A stretch of DNA of 64,000 nucleotides from Promethearchaeota archaeon (GTDB taxonomy: Archaea; Asgardarchaeota; Lokiarchaeia; Sigyniarchaeales; SOKP01): positions 32,001 to 96,000 of the forward strand of contig SDNY01000001.1 in assembly GCA_004524535.1 (NCBI GenBank), given 5' to 3'. Position numbers and translations under genes: made by a program. Positions 61,550 to 64,000 of the stretch are shown here, in pieces (position 1 is the first letter of the stretch; each line of letters starts with the position of its first letter). Under the pieces are notes generated by a model, which worked only from the letters and a program-made list of their open reading frames with translations, did no database searches and was not told the DNA's origin.

Positions 61550-62878
61550 TCAATCTTCCGTTTTTCTTTCAACAATATAAAAATCTTTGTCTAAATGTAG
61601 TTTTAATAAGCAAATTCCAAGTAAAACAGTAAAAATTAACCAACCAGCATTCCCACCAAACAAATTAGGATAATGTAGATTTATTGGTACTATTCCATCC
61701 CATGTTAAATAAATACCTAAAACGGAAATTAATCCAATCAATATATATTTATTTTTTTTAATAAAATCTATTTCTATTTCATCTTGATGGAAGAAAGGAA
61801 TAAAAAGTAAAAGGATTAGGGGTAATAAAATTATTAAAATTTTAAAAGCTAAATAATTTAAAAAGATGAAAGAAAGTGCAAAATAACTGAATTTTTCGTG
61901 TATCTTCAATTTTTTAGTTATTAATAAGAATCCTATGATTACGTACATTAAAATGAGGAATATAAGGGAGACTATAATTCTAGCTATAATTGGAATAAAA
62001 AAAATCTTATTTATAAAAATTAAATAATAATGTGGTAAAAAAAACTGTAAATTATGAAAATATTGAGAAATTAGAAAAAAATCAAAAATAAGTCCTGGAT
62101 ATATAAAAAATAAAAAATTTTGAGCTAGAAAAATTAATAACACTAATCCATAGGTTTTAAGATTTTCTTTCTCAAATAATTTGCCAAAAGGGATATCGTG
62201 AAAGATAAAGATTAATAATAAAAAAAGAAAATAAGGAATCATTCCCACAATCATAACAAAAAGAAAATAAGTAATAAATTTATATTTGAAATCTTTCTCT
62301 TTTTCTTCTTTTTTGTATTGAATTTCTCTTCTAAGGATAAAAAATAATATTGCCCCTACGAAGAATTTTGATTGACTAAAAAAAAATTGAAAAAATATGA
62401 GAAATCCATTTGAAATTACTATGAGAAATAAAAATCTATGAATTTTTTCTTTTACACCTAATAATTTTAAGATTTTATTGAATTCTAATATGAATAAAAC
62501 CGCAAAAATATAATTTAAGATATACCAGATAAAGTAAGAGATATAATAAGGCAATAATGAGAGCGATATTGCCCAAAGCATAAGGAAAAATGGTAAATAT
62601 GCTATTGTAACAAATAAGCTACTTCTTTTTTTGTATAATCTATTGGGGTCAATTAATAGCTGTCTACCAGAGTAATAATATATATCAAAATCATAATAAG
62701 AAATTTGTGGATTATGGTATACAATAATTAAGCTATGTATTGCCCAAATGCCAATACAAATCAATGGAATAATAATATAAAGGATTTCAATATTCTTCTT
62801 TTTTCTAAAGTATAAAAACAAGTATATAAGGAATAATATTAACGATAGCCATATAATTGATAAATTACGAGGTATCAA
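61550..62878 (-). CDS. GT87-like glycosyltransferase, array copy 6
   Basis: DFDIYY...YLPFF, SQSK. Confidence 0.78.
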   Translation of the reverse strand: MIPRNLSIIWLSLILFLIYLFLYFRKKKNIEILYIIIPLICIGIWAIHSLIIVYHNPQISYYDFDIYYYSGRQLLIDPNRLYKKRSSLFVTIAYLPFFLMLWAISLSLLPYYISYFIWYILNYIFAVLFILEFNKILKLLGVKEKIHRFLFLIVISNGFLIFFQFFFSQSKFFVGAILFFILRREIQYKKEEKEKDFKYKFITYFLFVMIVGMIPYFLFLLLIFIFHDIPFGKLFEKENLKTYGLVLLIFLAQNFLFFIYPGLIFDFFLISQYFHNLQFFLPHYYLIFINKIFFIPIIARIIVSLIFLILMYVIIGFLLITKKLKIHEKFSYFALSFIFLNYLAFKILIILLPLILLLFIPFFHQDEIEIDFIKKNKYILIGLISVLGIYLTWDGIVPINLHYPNLFGGNAGWLIFTVLLGICLLKLHLDKDFYIVERKTED

Positions 62879-63012
62879 ATTTCACTTTCACTTTTTCTGT
62901 TTCACTATTTAATTATAAAATTAATCTTTCTTTAAAAATATTAATATGAAAGGCTATAATTAATTCAATTGAAGCTTAATATATTTATAATTTAATTCTC
63001 TTCAGAATCACA

Positions 63013-64000
63013 TTAATCTTCCGTTTTTCTTTCAACAATATAAAAATCTTTGTCTAAATGTAGTTTTAATAAACAAAATCCAAGTAATAAAGTGAAAAAT
63101 AGATAACCAGCAGTCCCAAAAAACAAATTAGGATAAAAGGTGTTTTGTTTTTCTATTGTTAAATAAATTCCCAAAACGGAAAGTAATCCAATCAGTACGT
63201 ATTTGTTATTATTAATAAAATCTCTTCCAATTGCATCTTGATGGAAGTAAGGAATAAAAAGTAAAAGAATTAAGGGGAATAGAATTATTATAGTTTTATA
63301 AGCTAAGGTATTCGTTAATAAGAAAGAAAGTGCAAAATAGCTGAATTTTTCGTGGATCTTCAATTTTTTAGTAATTAATAAGAATGCTATAATTACGTAC
63401 ATAAGAATTATGAGTATAAAGGAGATTATAAATTTAGTTTCGAGTGGAATATAAAAAATCTTTTTAATGAAAACTAAATAATAACACAATGATTTTAATT
63501 GTATAGATTGAAAATATCTAAAAACTATGAAATAATAATCAAAAATAAGTCTTGGATAAATAATAAGTAAAAAATTTTGAGATAGAAAAATAACTGCGAC
63601 TAATCCATAGGTTTTTAGATTTTCTTTCTCAAATAATTTGCCAAAAGGGATATCGTGAAAGATAAAGATTAATAATAAAAAAAGAAAATAAGGAATCATT
63701 CCCACAATCATAGCAAAAAGAAAATAAGTAATAAATTTATATTTGAAATCTTTCTCTTTTTCTTCTTTTTTGTATTGAATTTCTCTTCTAAGGATAAAAA
63801 ATAATATGACTCCTACGAAGAATTTTGATTGATTTAATGCAAATTGATGAATTATAAGCCATCCATTTGAAATTACCATGAGAAACAAAAATCTATGAAT
63901 TTTTTCTTTAAGTCCTAATAATTTTAAGATTTTATTGAATTCTAATATGAATAAAATCGCAAAAATATAATGTAAACCATACCAAACAAAATAGGATATA
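63013..64000 (-). CDS. GT87-like glycosyltransferase, array copy 7 (5'-truncated by window edge)
   Basis: Frame stays open beyond the track's 63888 to the window end (..SYFVWYGLHYIFAILFILEFNKILKLLG..). Confidence 0.78.
   Translation of the reverse strand, partial: ISYFVWYGLHYIFAILFILEFNKILKLLGLKEKIHRFLFLMVISNGWLIIHQFALNQSKFFVGVILFFILRREIQYKKEEKEKDFKYKFITYFLFAMIVGMIPYFLFLLLIFIFHDIPFGKLFEKENLKTYGLVAVIFLSQNFLLIIYPRLIFDYYFIVFRYFQSIQLKSLCYYLVFIKKIFYIPLETKFIISFILIILMYVIIAFLLITKKLKIHEKFSYFALSFLLTNTLAYKTIIILFPLILLLFIPYFHQDAIGRDFINNNKYVLIGLLSVLGIYLTIEKQNTFYPNLFFGTAGYLFFTLLLGFCLLKLHLDKDFYIVERKTED

Larger units (their letters stand above)
54143..64000 (-). repeat. Tandem repeat of gene-plus-spacer units, period 1464-1503 bp, at least 7 units
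   Basis: Start codons at 55468, 56941, 58417, 59920, 61414 and 62878; high nucleotide identity in both coding and spacer DNA. Confidence 0.97.

Noticed and set aside
55469-63012. CRISPR repeats or integron attC cassettes
   Set aside because: Repeats are about 130 bp and separate full paralogous genes rather than unique spacers or unrelated cassettes. No cas gene, integrase or attC-like long inverted repeat was seen.
54143-64000. Diversity-generating retroelement as the cause of array variability
   Set aside because: No reverse transcriptase or TR/VR pair is in the window. Variation involves all four bases plus indels in several loops, not adenine-specific change in one C-terminal region. 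An RT outside the window cannot be excluded.

Overview
AT-rich, gene-dense archaeal chromosomal segment. The gene content points (by inference) to an Asgard archaeon, probably Lokiarchaeia: Rag-like small GTPases fused to roadblock/longin-type domains, eL13, archaeal Ogg, stand-alone MtrH and many zinc-ribbon proteins. There are three zones. (1) About 1-27.7 kb is an enzyme-dense, biosynthetic-looking island with six cobalamin-binding radical SAM enzymes, three SPASM-type radical SAM enzymes, two LuxE-like acyl-protein synthetases without LuxC, a CDP-alcohol phosphatidyltransferase, two GT2s, a membrane-anchored hexapeptide acyltransferase, an alpha/beta hydrolase, a PHP-glycoside hydrolase fusion and a NodB deacetylase. 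It is a candidate undescribed membrane (glyco)lipid tailoring pathway. (2) About 28-54 kb holds housekeeping genes and a Rag/roadblock/longin eukaryotic-signature cluster next to threonine biosynthesis genes. (3) From 54.1 kb to the window end is a head-to-tail array of at least 7 GT87-like (GT-C) membrane glycosyltransferase paralogs. Their spacers are near-identical, their charged loops are conserved, and their catalytic-side loops are hypervariable and mosaic, making this a candidate surface-glycan diversification system. No rRNA, tRNA, CRISPR array, transposase or reverse transcriptase was seen. All functional calls come from motif recognition by eye, with no database searches.
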